Shown: piece after piece, positions 12,376 to 26,075 of the stretch | How the letters are laid out: every line of letters starts with the position of its first letter | How positions within the stretch are numbered: position 1 is the first letter of the stretch | DNA from: the human T2T-CHM13v2.0 reference genome, Homo sapiens | Assembly (NCBI RefSeq): GCF_009914755.1 | Contig: NC_060929.1 | Length of the DNA: 64,000 nt | Strand: one strand, 5' to 3' | The notes under the pieces: model-generated | Databases searched by the model: none | Seen by the model: the letters and a program-made list of their open reading frames with translations, nothing else | Told to the model about the DNA's origin: nothing | Made by a program: the position numbers and the translations under genes

Positions 12376-13584
12376 TTTTATACTTCTAAAAATGTGCCAT
12401 GAAATATCCATGAGAAATTATATCATCAGAAAATAATAATTTATTGTCATTTTCAATTTTTTCCTTGACTATTTTATTATTCCAATCAGGAAAACTTCAA
12501 AGAATATACTACACAGTAATAATACAAATAGAGAAACCCTTGTTTAACTTTTCTTTTTCATTTTAATTATTTTAATGTTAAAGATTATTTTATTGCAGGA
12601 GAACTAAAGAACATTTATTGTATAAAACAAAGGTTTTTGCTATACTTGGTCATGAATATTAAAAAGTGAACCATTTTACTCTTAAAATTATTAGCCACGA
12701 ATTAAGTTAGTCAGCATTATTTTAATCTTTTTTGATTCTAAAATTCCATCAACATATTCAGTCTCCTTCCAAGGCAGACAGTATCCAAGTTTGCAATGCT
12801 AGAGTGAGAAATAACTTTGAAAATGACAAAGCAACAGAATATATATTTTGTAGATAAAACTAAATTTCATCAAATATTTAGAGTGAAACATAAATGTATT
12901 TAGACACTTGCAAAGATGTTGATATTTTGTTAAAATTTTCAGTTTTTATCCAGATGTCTGGCAGCACATAATGAAAACAAAACACTGTGTGAATAAACAT
13001 AATCTCAATTACACCAAAATGCTGTTTTTCCACTGATTTCCAATTTTCTTTCTGAGAGAGGACATAATCATGGGTTGGGTGATTGTAGGGATTAACAATC
13101 CTGGCTTCTAAGAACAGAATATGATCAGGCATTCATTAGTCACTTCAATCCCTCTGCCATTTGACAATGACTAAATTAGGTGAATGGTTTTAACAGTTTA
13201 GTGCCTATTGCTAGAGTCATGTTGATACAACTCAAAATAAAGATAATGATCTACTGAGGTCCTATTAACCCTTGATAAGGAGATATTTCTTTTAAACATT
13301 CATTTTTTTCAGGATAAAATTATTGTCTCCCATTTTCATCTTTTTATCCACATAAATCATACATCTATCTACTCAGAATTATTATTCTTGCTTTAACAAC
13401 ATTTTTCTAATATCAAGAATGATGGCCTCTAGGGTAACAATTAGCTTTGTTTATTAATTTTTAACTGAAAGAATAATTACTACATATCAAATAACAGGAA
13501 TACCTTCAAAAATATTAGAAGATAAGAGATTGACTGAGTGTGTCTATTAGACAGGAGAAAAGTGTTTTCTTAGTTTTCTAATAA

Positions 13585-13899
<315 letters not shown>

Positions 13900-14228
13900 T
13901 CTAATTTTTGAATATCAGTTTTAATTATGGAGACATTCAACTATTTAGGTCTACTTCCTAGTGAACAAAGATTTGTCCCAAATAAAATATTATTTAGTAT
14001 ATCATACAAATGTGAAAAAGGGAAAATACTTCTTGGATAAAAGAATGGGGTAGAATTTTGAAATCTTATCTGTTCTTGTAATCATTTATCTAATATACCA
14101 TATTTTATTTTCAGAATTCCTCTTTTTCCTGAGACAGTGTTTTAGTTTTGCTGAAAAAGAGACATATATTGAGTGACAATTACAATAAAATTGTCATAAA
14201 ACCCCTAAATCAATTTTGGGTCCCTTGT

Positions 14229-14276
14229 ATTAGAAGTGATAACTAAAACTGCAGTTATATTTGCACCAACCTAATA
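14229..14276. mobile_element. MADE1 half element (Hsmar1-derived MITE)
   Basis: AAAACTGCAGTTATATTTGCACCAACCTAATA matches one MADE1 TIR plus TA; the other arm is absent. Confidence 0.75.
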
Positions 14277-14772
14277 TATGTATCTAAATTTTAATTTGTT
14301 TTCTACACCTGCATATCTGACATTTAAAAATATTTTCTCTCTGGAAGTTTATCGGTTGTCAACATTGTGTACATTGATTTTATTACAATTTTTTTACATG
14401 CTACATAATAAATTTTGCTTATGTGTTTGTGTCAGAAGTTAATTCTATAACACCGAAAACTGGACCTAGGTTGAGTGTATTACCTATACATCTGGCCTCC
14501 ACTTTTTGATTCTTAATTTACTCTTTAGCTCCTAAACATATCTAATATCTCAATATGGTCCATGACCCTCTTCATGGTTTCTTTGCAAATAAGAGAATAT
14601 CCCCACTACACCTCTGAGAAAAAAAAAATTGTTTTCTCTTGGCATCTATCTGTTGTTTAGTTGATAGCATAGATTTTACTTTATATTTAAGTTTTTAATT
14701 ATATCTCTCATTGGGAGAATACATGTATATTTTAATCATATATTTATGACTATTCATATAAATCTGAGGAAT

Positions 14773-15076
14773 TTTTTTCCTTTCTAAGACAGGGTCTCAC
14801 TCCATCTCCTAGGCTGGAATGTAGTGGCACAATTATAGCTCACAGCAGCCTCAACCTCTGGGCTCAAGTAATCCTCCTACCCAACCCTCTCACCTGGCTG
14901 GGACTACAGGTATGTACACCACATCGGGCTTTTTTTTTTCTTCAGTTTTTATTTTTTGTAGAGGCAGGGTCTCACTATATTGCCCAGGTTAGTCTGGAAT
15001 TTCTGGGCTCAAGCAATCCTCCTACCTTGGCTTGCCAAAATGCTGACATTACAGGCATGAGCCACCACGCCTGGCC
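14773..15076 (-). mobile_element. AluJ
   Basis: GGGCTCAAG J-type arms; TSD-like AAATCTGAGGAA / AAATCTAAGAAA. Confidence 0.93.
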
Positions 15077-15606
15077 AAATCTAAGAAATATTTTGCAGAT
15101 AATATGATTGGTTTCATTAAAAAACAAAATTCCAGACTTCTGCAACCAATAAGAATCATTGACAGCATCATTCAGAAAAGTCTCATAGACAGTGATTTCA
15201 TGTAATGTAAAAAATATTATCTTTTTAGTGAGCTTATAAACCTTCCAATGAGACACAGATAAATAATTAAATGGAATGACTCTAACAGCAGATTTAGGCA
15301 TTGGCCATGGGCTGACTTGAAGATGCATAAGAAACGCTGCTAATTTCCACTATTGGTAGGATCCCTAAGGCATCAAAGGAGTAACATCATCAACTAAGAC
15401 TATGGAATTACCAGCAATAATGACAATCGTAAGTGTGGATTTGTAATCACTGAAGCCAGGATTAAAAAGACTCTGCAGTTTGTAGACCAGTGCCCAAACA
15501 CAGACTAAACCATAGAGGTATTGCCAGTTTAAGTCACAAATGAAGATCAATAATAGACAATGCACCAATCTGATAATAGAAAGGCTGTGTTAGAAACAAA
15601 ACAGCT

Positions 15607-15977
<371 letters not shown>

Positions 15978-16024
15978 TTAAACATAAAGTAAACATAAAA
16001 CTGCTGAGATTGTATTCAGTGTTA

Positions 16025-16030
<6 letters not shown>

Positions 16031-16060
<30 letters not shown>
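16031..16060. repeat. (GT)n microsatellite
   Basis: About 15 perfect GT units. Confidence 0.97.
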
Positions 16061-16062
<2 letters not shown>

Positions 16063-16064
16063 TC

Positions 16065-16545
16065 ACGATTGAGCTGGATGTGAGGAATGTACTTACGGAA
16101 GTACGTTAAGACAGTGAAGTACATATTCTGTTTCCCCTTAATACCCTCTGGACTGTGATTCCCATGGCCTTGGCTTCTTCATTGATTTCTAAGAGTCTTC
16201 CAAGCGTAATCAATGGATGGCTTCCGCAAATTATGGGCTCATTACCGGCTGGGGTTGAGGAAAAGGAAATGTAACATGTGCTATAGGTTGGATGAAGCGG
16301 TGCTAAGCTGAATGCCTGAGGAGCAGAGTGTCTGCGAGTTAGAACCTGTGTCAGACTCTTGCAGAAACAGCTCTATAGGAGGTTTGTGTCAGCAACTGCG
16401 CAGAAGCTGGATCTGATTGAGGCTAAGATGCTTTCATTTCACTTCATCAACCATTTAATTGCACTGACCTTTGACCCTCTGCAGACACTAATTCAATCTG
16501 TGGGTATTTACAAACTGATAAAGCCAAAACAAAAGAAATAGAGAC
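16065..16545. promoter_or_regulatory. Candidate enhancer or constrained non-coding element
   Basis: No repeat recognised; about 9 CpGs in an AT-rich context; DR1 TGACCTTTGACCC (16465-16477), FOX TATTTAC (16505-16511), GATA TGATAA (16516-16521), ONECUT-like ATTGATTT (16181-16188) and TAATCAAT (16207-16214), ETS-like CGGAAGT (16096-16102). Motif-only evidence. Confidence 0.4.
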
Positions 16546-17253
16546 AGAAGGAGGGGCTCCTGGGAAGGAGGTGAAGATGAAAAGGATTTGTGAACAATCA
16601 CAAGAGTCAAAATTCTTTAATTTAGCTGAAAAAAAAATAAAGGATAACCATCTGTGACTAGAATAATAATAAGGGGCGAGACTAAATTCTCCTTCCTACA
16701 AAAAGTGTTAGTTTATTGGCTCAAACCTAATAAGTTTTTTAGTCTTTAGTGTTCTGTAATAAAACACACATAACAAAAACATAAAAATCCTGGATGTGTC
16801 TAAGAACTGTTTCAATGAGACTCTTAGAAATTTATATTTTCAGTCCAAATTCTAGTACTCAGGGTGAGCATATCAGTAACTCAATGCCTTAGAAAATGCC
16901 TCTTGAACAAATTCCATGCTTGCTTTGCTATGTCATGCGTCCCCAGTACAGACAAGCGTTCTTTGAAACATCCCTTGTCAAATTGTTGTCTTTTAAGCAA
17001 TGTGCTGGAATATGTCTATCTTTTGATTCTTCTCTGTTTTTACAATAGTTGATTGCAGTGCTCTCCAAAGCTTAACAATGAGCTTGAAATGCTTTCAAAT
17101 AGCCTCTTGAAAAGTAAATCAGACTTTTTTTGTCATTGGCCAAAAGGATTTATAAAATCATCATTTGAGATTGCATTTAAAAGATTACAAAACATTAAGT
17201 AGGAAGTAGAAGAATGATACCACTTTTAGGTGAGATATATACATAAAAATATA

Positions 17254-17800
<547 letters not shown>

Positions 17801-17809
17801 CTATTGCAA

Positions 17810-17985
17810 TAGGTATAAATATAGATACAGGTATCATTATGAATATGACTATAGATGGTTATCTATTTATAGATATATTAGATATAGATGATTATATATA
17901 TAGCTATATAGAGATTATATATTTATAGATATATATGCATGGCTATTAATATAGATATAGATTATTATATATTGATAGATATATT
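17810..17985. repeat. AT-rich low-complexity (TATAGA)n-like tract
   Basis: Degenerate ATATAG repeats. Confidence 0.85.
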
Positions 17986-18801
17986 TAAATCCTTTTTTTG
18001 GTCAAGTTCACAAGGCAAATTAAATTAAATCCACTTTTTGAAATAATGGTAATGAATTTAAAATAGGCCTCTACTGAACAAATGTCATACATAAATTCCA
18101 CTGAATGATGTAATGAGGAGGAATGATGGTATGGGATAGAGAAATGTAATAGAGTCAGAAAACATGAGTCTGAATCCCTGCTCCATACTAATTTTGTAGG
18201 GATACATCTTAGCATTTTTGACCCATGATGTAAACATGTATAAAGTGAGAGAACAAGAGTATATCAAATGGTTGTTCTGTGCTCTCTTAGAATGCGAGTC
18301 TCCTCAAAATACTCTGATGACTTCTCACCTCTCTCAGTGTAGAAGACAAAATAAAACAACTAGTTTTTAGATTGTCTCACAGGTCCCATGCGATCTATGT
18401 CCCTAGTACTCCTTAACTTCCCCACCTGTCCACGTCTGTCCCTCTTCTCCACAGTGCACAGCTCCTCCCATCCCCGAGAACCATTCCAAGTGCTGTTCCA
18501 ATACCTGAGATGCCCTCTTGCCAGGTGTCTGAATGGTGAACTCCCTCATTGGTTGGAGATCTTTATTCTAATGCTACCTTTTCCATAGGTCTTGCCTGTG
18601 TATTCTATTAAAATTGAAGCCTCCACTTCTGAAACCAATATCCGCATCCACACTCACACAACCACACCTACACCCACAAACATACACTTCCTATACCATT
18701 TATTGCTCTATTGAATTTCCTCAGGATTTATCCCCATCTCACATGATTTATGATCCAATTTCCGTATTTCTGATATACACAATAGAAATTGTTTATAATT
18801 T

Positions 18802-19093
18802 TATTTTTTTTTTGAGACAGAATTTCTCTTTTGTTGCCCAGGCTGGAGTGCAATGACACGATCTTGGCTCACTGCAACCTCTGCCTCCCAGTTCAAGCGA
18901 TTCTCCTGCTTTAACCTCTTGAGTAGCTGGGATTACAGGCATATGGAACTAGACCTGGCTAATTTTGTATTTTTAGTAGAGACCGGGTTTCACCATGTTG
19001 GTCAGTCTGCTCTTGAACTCCTGACCTCAGCTGATCCACCTGCCTAGGCCTCCCAAAGTGCTGGGATTATAGGCATGAGCTACTGTGCCCAGC
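18802..19093 (-). mobile_element. AluS (Sq/Sp-like)
   Basis: Antisense dimer; TSD AATTGT(T/G)TATAATTT at 18787-18801 and 19095-19109. Confidence 0.95.
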
Positions 19094-19224
19094 GAATTGT
19101 GTATAATTTAATATAGTATTTATTATGGGAGTTATGTACATAGAAACCAAAAGGAAAAGAAAAACTTGAGAAAAAGAAATGTTAACATAATTTAATGTTA
19201 GACACTGAATGTTGTACACGTAAT

Positions 19225-19725
19225 ATTTCCAATTTTAAGTATACAATTTGTAAGTGTAAAATTTCCAAGTTTAAGTATACAACTCAGTGGTGCTAAGCAT
19301 GTTCGCAGTGTTGAGCAATCATTACCACCATCTATCTAGAACTTCTTCATCTCACCCAAAGAGAAACTGTAAACAACCCCATCATTCCCTCCCTATAAAC
19401 CACCCATAACTTCTATATCCTTATCTCTATGAATTTGCTTATTTTAGATACCTCATAAACGTGGAATTATGCAGTATTCATTCTTTCACGTCTGGCTTAT
19501 TTCACTTAGCATAACATTTCTAAGATTTGTACCTGTTGTTGCATGTCTCAGATATTCAGACCTTTTAAAGGCTGAATGACATTCCATTGTATGCATATGC
19601 TACATTTTGCTCTCCCTTTATCTGTTGATGAACAGTTGGATGGTTCCCATCTTTTGGCTATTGTGAATAAAGTTGCAATGAACATTGGTGGAAAGTATCT
19701 CTTTGAGTCTGAGGGCATTTTTAAT
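19225..19725 (-). mobile_element. L1MB 3' end
   Basis: TTTAAGTATACAACTCAGTGG ... TCTCTATGAATTTGCTTATTTTAGATACCTCATAAACGTGGAAT ... TTTGGCTATTGTGAATAAAGTTGCAATGAACATT. Confidence 0.85.
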
Positions 19726-19829
19726 TTTTTTTTCCTGCTACGTCTATAGGGCTTGGAATAATGTCTGGAATGTAGTAAATAGGTAGCTGTATTTTTGTTC
19801 TCTTTTCTGTCCCCCTTTTTTTCTGTTCT

Positions 19830-20255
19830 ATTGTGTGTGTGTAGAAGGCTGACAGCTCTAGATTTCATTGTATTCCTTTGCTTCCAGTTGGCGATGGTAA
19901 TTAATTCCCTGGCAGAAGATCATAAAGCAGGAGGAGAGAGGTTGTGTCAACAGTTCCCAACCCTCTGGCTTTGCTCTGCTTCCTCCAACTCTACGAGTTT
20001 CATAATGGACCTACCTCCACAGCTCACACTATCATCTGTGCTTTCACAAACTTGTCTTCCCCTTGTCCCTTCCGACTTAGGGGTAGCAAAGGGTTTTCCC
20101 TGTTTACGGTCCTTAAAAACTCAGAATTTCTCACATTCCTACTTGTTTTCTTAACGCTGTTTACACCTGTTAAATAATCACTTCACTGATTTATTTTTCA
20201 GTTAAATAATCTCACATTTACCATCTGTTTTCTGCTAGAACCTTCACAGATTCAC
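19830..20255 (+). mobile_element. ERVL LTR (LTR40/41/52-like)
   Basis: CCCTTCCGACTTAGGGGTAGCAAAGGGTTTTCCCTGTT ... CCATCTGTTTTCTGCTAGAACC resembles the LTR41-class 3' part. Confidence 0.55.
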
Positions 20256-20539
20256 AGGTGCTCAATGCATATTTTTGACAGAACTAACAAATGACACCTT
20301 AAAATTTTCCTCATCTGTTTGAAGGATTCCACACACTTTTTATATCAATTTTCATGTCTTAATTATTTGGAATAATTATGATATATAATAAATTGCACAT
20401 TCCAAGTTTTATAGACCAAAATTAAATGTGTTGGAAACAACTTGTAATACCTGCTGGGATTGTGGTGGTTGTTGTTATTTGTTTCTTTATTTGTTTTAAT
20501 GTAGATTTTATCTCAAAATAAAGCTTCACCGCCATCTCT

Positions 20540-20780
20540 GTTTTGTTGAAATTCAACCTGAGACTATATGGGAACTGTGAAAACATGGTTATAATATCCA
20601 ATGACCTATTTGTGTGGGTTAGGATTTTCTCACAACTATGTATCTACAACAAAATACAATAAAAGTTAGATAATGAAGCTAATATAACATGACAAAAATC
20701 ATTCATAAGCTAGTATAACAATGCCAAAGCCATCCACAAACTAATATCAAAAATTGTTGTGTGCCTTGAAACGCTTTTTG
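20540..20780 (+). mobile_element. hAT-Charlie transposase C-terminal relic
   Basis: ATGACCTATTTGTGTGGGTTAGGATTTTCT translates as MTYLCGLGFS...TKY, resembling the hAT dimerisation motif TTYLCExGFS...KTKYRNRL. Confidence 0.6.
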
Positions 20781-20852
20781 TTTGTATTAATTTATTTGAA
20801 AATGTCTGTTAATAAAATGGGTCTTTGTTTTTTACACTGTGATTCTGAATAA

Positions 20853-21218
<366 letters not shown>

Positions 21219-21564
21219 TAAACAACCAGCTTGTCCCTATCTCTGCAAATTATTTCAGGTATCTGATCAGAAGGATCCTAGGGGTTGTTTTGATTTATCT
21301 ATATTCTTTATCCACTATTTTAATTTGCTAGAACTGCCATAACAAATTTTCTAGAGCTGCCATAACAAAGTTCCACAGATTGGGTGGCTTAAACAGCAGA
21401 CATTGATTTTCTTATAGTTCTAGTGACTACAAGTCCAACAAGCAGTTGGCAAGGTTGCTTTCTCCTGAGGCCTTTCTCCTTAGCTTGCCGATGGCTGTCT
21501 TCTCACTGCATTCTCACACAGTCTTTTTTCTGTGCTTCTGCATTCCCAGTGTTTTTTCCACTTC

Positions 21565-21729
21565 TTTTTTTTTTATTTTATTATTATTATACTTTAAGTT
21601 TTAGGGTACTTGTGCACAATGTGCAGGTTTGTTACATATGTATACATGTGCCATGTTGGTGTACTGCACCTATTAACTCGTCCTTTAGCATTAGGTATAT
21701 CCCCTAATGCTATCCCTCCCCCCTCCCCC
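21565..21729 (-). mobile_element. Young L1PA (PA2/PA3-like) extreme 3' end
   Basis: TTATTATACTTTAAGTTTTAGGGTAC ... TTTAGCATTAGGTATATC..TAATGCTATCCCTCCCCCCTCCCC. Confidence 0.92.
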
Positions 21730-21867
21730 TTTCTTGCTGTGTTCACACGAGGGCCTCCTTGATTCTGTTTGTGTGCCTATGTCCCAATCTCCTGCTTAAA
21801 TAAGGATACTAGTCATATTGAATGGGGATTAGGGTCCATCACCTCATTTTACATTAATCGCCTCTTT

Positions 21868-22199
21868 GTTTTTGTTTGTTTCTTTTGTGTTTTGTTTTGT
21901 TTTGTTTTGAGGCAGTCTTGCTCTGTCGCTCAGGCTGGAGTGCAGTGATGCAATCTCAGCTCACTGCAACCTCCGCCTCCTGTTTCAAATGATTCTCATG
22001 CCTCAGCTTCCCAAGCAGGTGGGACTACAGGCATGTGCCACCACGCCCGGCTAATTTTATTTTATTTTTTTTTATTTTTAGTAGAGACAAGGTTTCACCA
22101 TGTTGGCCAAGATGGGCTGGAACTTCTGAGCTCAGACAATCCACCAACCTCGGCTTTCCAAAGTGCTAAGATTACAGCCGTGAGCCACTGTGCCTGCCC
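21868..22199 (-). mobile_element. AluS nested in MLT1
   Basis: Antisense dimer with a GTTTT tail; TSD TAATCGCCTCTTT / TAATTCCCTCTTT. Confidence 0.94.
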
Positions 22200-22679
22200 T
22201 AATTCCCTCTTTAAAGGCCCTATCTCCAAACAGTCTTATTTCGAGGAACTAGGGGTTAGGACTCCGATGTGTGAATTTCAGGTAGACGCAATTTAGCCCA
22301 TGACATCCACCTTGTCAAAACAGTCACTGAATTTCCCATTTTTTTTTTCTAAGTCTTCCTCTAAAATCACCACACTCATCCCTCCACCCACATCCAGGTA
22401 AGTGTCACCTCGTGTCTTTCATCTCCGCCTCCCTACTAACCACAGCCTAGCATACCTGGATCAGCTTAAACAGTACTTCCCAGGGACATTTTCTCTGACT
22501 GAGACTACTGCTGGTTCCTTCTGTTACTGGGTCTCATCAATCCTTGTACTTCTGCCATTATCATCCTTATCATATGTCACAGATTTTAACGTGACAGTAA
22601 GGTGTGTTTTCTGGTTGCTGGACACAGACTGACAAAGACGAAAGCCACTAACTAGATTAAAAAAGAAAATCCTTAGGGA

Positions 22680-22815
22680 ACGTATTCAACCTCTGTGCCT
22701 CAGTTTCCTAATATGTAAAAGGTAATAATTTCCTCACATGTATGTAATAATAAGTTAGTTAAACAAAGCATATTAGTTGCTTAGAATGGCACTAAGTTGT
22801 GAGTGTTAGCTGTTA
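22680..22815 (+). mobile_element. MIR fragment
   Basis: AACCTCTGTGCCTCAGTTTCCTAATATGTAAAA MIR core. Confidence 0.75.
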
Positions 22816-24208
22816 TGAATCATTTAATCTTCTATTTGCCTGCATAGATTGTTACCTTTAAGAAGCCAAGAAGCTTTGCTGTGCTTAATACTGTATCTCT
22901 GATGCCAAAGGTAACATATTAAGATGCATCCCATACATTTAGTTGGAATAAACAATGTGACAGACAAGGAAAAATCTAATCTTTTATGATTGAAATGGGG
23001 ATAGCAATTGAGACTGCCCCTATAAACAACACAAGAAAGAGCTTAGGGACACAGTTTAGAAGTAGACATCCTTTTACGAAAGAGGGTTCCTTCTGAGAAA
23101 ATGCTCTGACGAGAGACACAGTCTCCAAGTTTAAAAGAACATTTCATTATCGGCAACATGCAGAGGGCATGAAAGACAGAAATCTCAGCTCTAGCAGGCA
23201 CACTGACGAGAACAGCAAAGACTGAAGGATAAAAATGATCTGAGTTGATAAGGGCTTTGCAGTTAAAACAACAGACTTATACGGCAACACTCTATGCCCC
23301 AGAGGAACGTGGCTCCGGGAAGGGAATGAGGGCCAGTGCTGAACCAGCAGCCAGTGTCTAACTGACTTGCAAATACCTGTTCAGCAGGTAGTTTTCCTTC
23401 AGACCTTCCCAAGCCAGGTTCCCCTAAGGCTGTGTTTATGGTTTTTGAAGTATGGAATGTATAGCCTTTTTCCTTTTCTTGGTGCTTTAATTTAGGAAAC
23501 AGCACAGTCATTTTTTGCTTATTTAATTGTTTTTGTTTGTTTTGCTTTTGCAACAACAAAGGATTGTTTTCTGGAAGACGTGATTATCTTTCTCCTGCTT
23601 TGTTCCTTTCTAACTTCAAAGAGGTTTTTGAATAATGAAGACATTTCTTTAGAATTAAAAAAAATACTTTTGGATGTCTTCTAGGCATTCAGGAATTTGA
23701 AGTAAAGTCACTTGAAACTAAATACTTGTGTTAGAATGTAAAGCAATGTTTTGGTATTGTTCTTTAATGTTATTGTATTAAGGATACTAGTTTGGAATTG
23801 TCAATGAGATAGAAGAAAGAGAGGCAGAGAGAGATCATGACAAGAAGCATATATATTATTTCTCAACTTTCAGATTTCTCTCTCTGAACTTACCCTCTAC
23901 ATGCCTTTGAAAAATCATAAAGAAAACAATGCATTTTTCAGGTCTGAAGCTGAGAACTGCCAAAGCTTCTCTTCCACGGATCCCACATTGAAATATGTGT
24001 CTACCAAAGTACATAATGTACAAAAATTAGTGCTTGTATATTTTTTCTTACTAACTCTTGGTCATCTTTAGAGTTTTACAGTTTTGAATCAGAGCTTCCA
24101 CTTAGCAAAATCTACTAAACAGTAGAAACATATGTTTTTGGCCATCTGGCTTATATAAAGTTTGTTGATTATTACATGTCAGCCACATTTTTGAAAATAC
24201 CAAATGTG

Positions 24209-24483
24209 TGTCGAGCACGGTGGCTCATGTGTGTAATCCCAGCACTTTGGGAGGCCGAGGTGGGTGGATTACCTCAGGTCAGGAGTTTGAGACCAGCCTG
24301 GCCAACATGGTGAAACCCTATCACTACTAAAAATACAAAAAATTAGCCGGGTGTGGTGGCATGTGCCAGTAATCCGAGCTACTTGTGAGGCTGAGGCAGG
24401 AGAATTGCTTGAACCTGGGAGGCAGAGGTTTCAGTTAGCTGAGATCGCACCACTGCACTCTGTCTCAAAAAAAAACAAAAAAC
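24209..24483 (+). mobile_element. AluSx-like with a ~25-bp 3' internal deletion
   Basis: CACTGCACTC|TGTCTC: the CAGCCTGGG...GAGACTC segment is missing between ACTC microhomologies. Confidence 0.93.
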
Positions 24484-25169
24484 AAATATTGTTTCACAGA
24501 TTATGTCAATGACCCTTAGTGATTGGATTTGAAATGCAAAATATGACCAATTACTTTATAATATTTACATCAACTTCACACCTAAAGTAGTGGCAGCGTA
24601 ATGAAAATGAATTGAGAATATGGAATGTTAAAAGCACACTTTTATTTTTCACTAATCGAATTTATTTATTCGTAGTAAATAAAAACATGTTTAAAAAAAT
24701 TAACTTCCTTGGAATAAGAGCCTAACTTGCAGGCAGATTTGTCTTCTTGGCTTTTTTCTACTGCTTTGATGTCTCATAGTAAAGGATAAAAGATTCCTAT
24801 TCTTATTAATTAGCAATTAAAAGCTGAGTTAGGTAAGTCATTAAAAAAATCTTTCTCGGCTATCAGTTTTAACTGCTCATATACTAGGATAATAGTTATT
24901 TTTCAAGTAAGGTAATTCCTATACAATTATAGTTTATGTAATAGTGAAACTTTTTAATTTTCTCTGCTCTATGTAAAGGGAGGGAATTAGAGAAGTTGAG
25001 CTCATTTCTTACTTTGGGACATATAATTTTCTTTTCTCTTCCTAAGTATTACTTGTGCCTTGAGTCAAAGGTTCAGAAGAACTGCTAGCTAATGTATACG
25101 CATTTTGTATGAAGAAAGGCTCAGTAGGGAGACACATCCAATGATTTGCTGTTGTTGTTTTGGATGAAA

Positions 25170-25649
<480 letters not shown>

Positions 25650-25994
25650 GAAGAATGACTATTTTTAATATTAACTACTTACAATATAATTACAATGTAC
25701 TTAATTTACCAATTTCCTTTAATTACACTTGTCAGTAAAGTAGTGTTTATTTTTCATACATTTGGCTAATTATACAGCCATGTTTTACAGTATACTATCA
25801 TGTCAGTTAACAGCATCATGCCTTAGTAGAAAATATGCTTAGGTCAAAATTATAGCAAATATGTGTAAGGAAGTTAAGTTCACACACTTATTAAAATTTC
25901 AAAGATACATTTCACGTAACATATATTTCCTTAACTTTGGTAATTTCTGTGGTGCTAATGTGTATTTGAAATTCTTGATTGTCAGAGCAAGAAC

Positions 25995-26075
25995 TCAGTA
26001 TTAGTTAACAATAATCCACCCCAAATAATCCACCCCAAGTCAGTATTAGTTAATAATTATCCACTCCAAATAATC
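25995..26075. repeat. 45-bp-period tandem duplication with a nested 13-bp repeat
   Basis: TCAGTATTAGTTAA(C/T)AAT(A/T)ATCCAC(C/T)CCAAATAATC at 25995-26030 and 26040-26075. Confidence 0.9.

Larger units (their letters stand above)
21316..22305 (-). mobile_element. MLT1A/B-type MaLR LTR, interrupted by an L1 3' end and an Alu
   Basis: GCTGCCATAACAAAGTTCCACAGATTGGGTGGCTTAAAC ... AAAGGCCCTATCTCCAAAC ... AATTTAGCCCATGACA; perfect TSD TCCAC at 21311-21315 and 22306-22310. Confidence 0.88.

Noticed and set aside
14975-15568. ORFs of 117 aa and 67 aa in partly unique DNA
   Set aside because: No recognisable domain; one runs into an Alu; the hydrophobic composition is expected from AT-rich DNA.
23100-23225. 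~41-codon open stretch (NALTRDTVSKF...) as a processed pseudogene or coding exon
   Set aside because: Bounded by stops, with no recognisable homology, poly-A/TSD or fitting splice sites.
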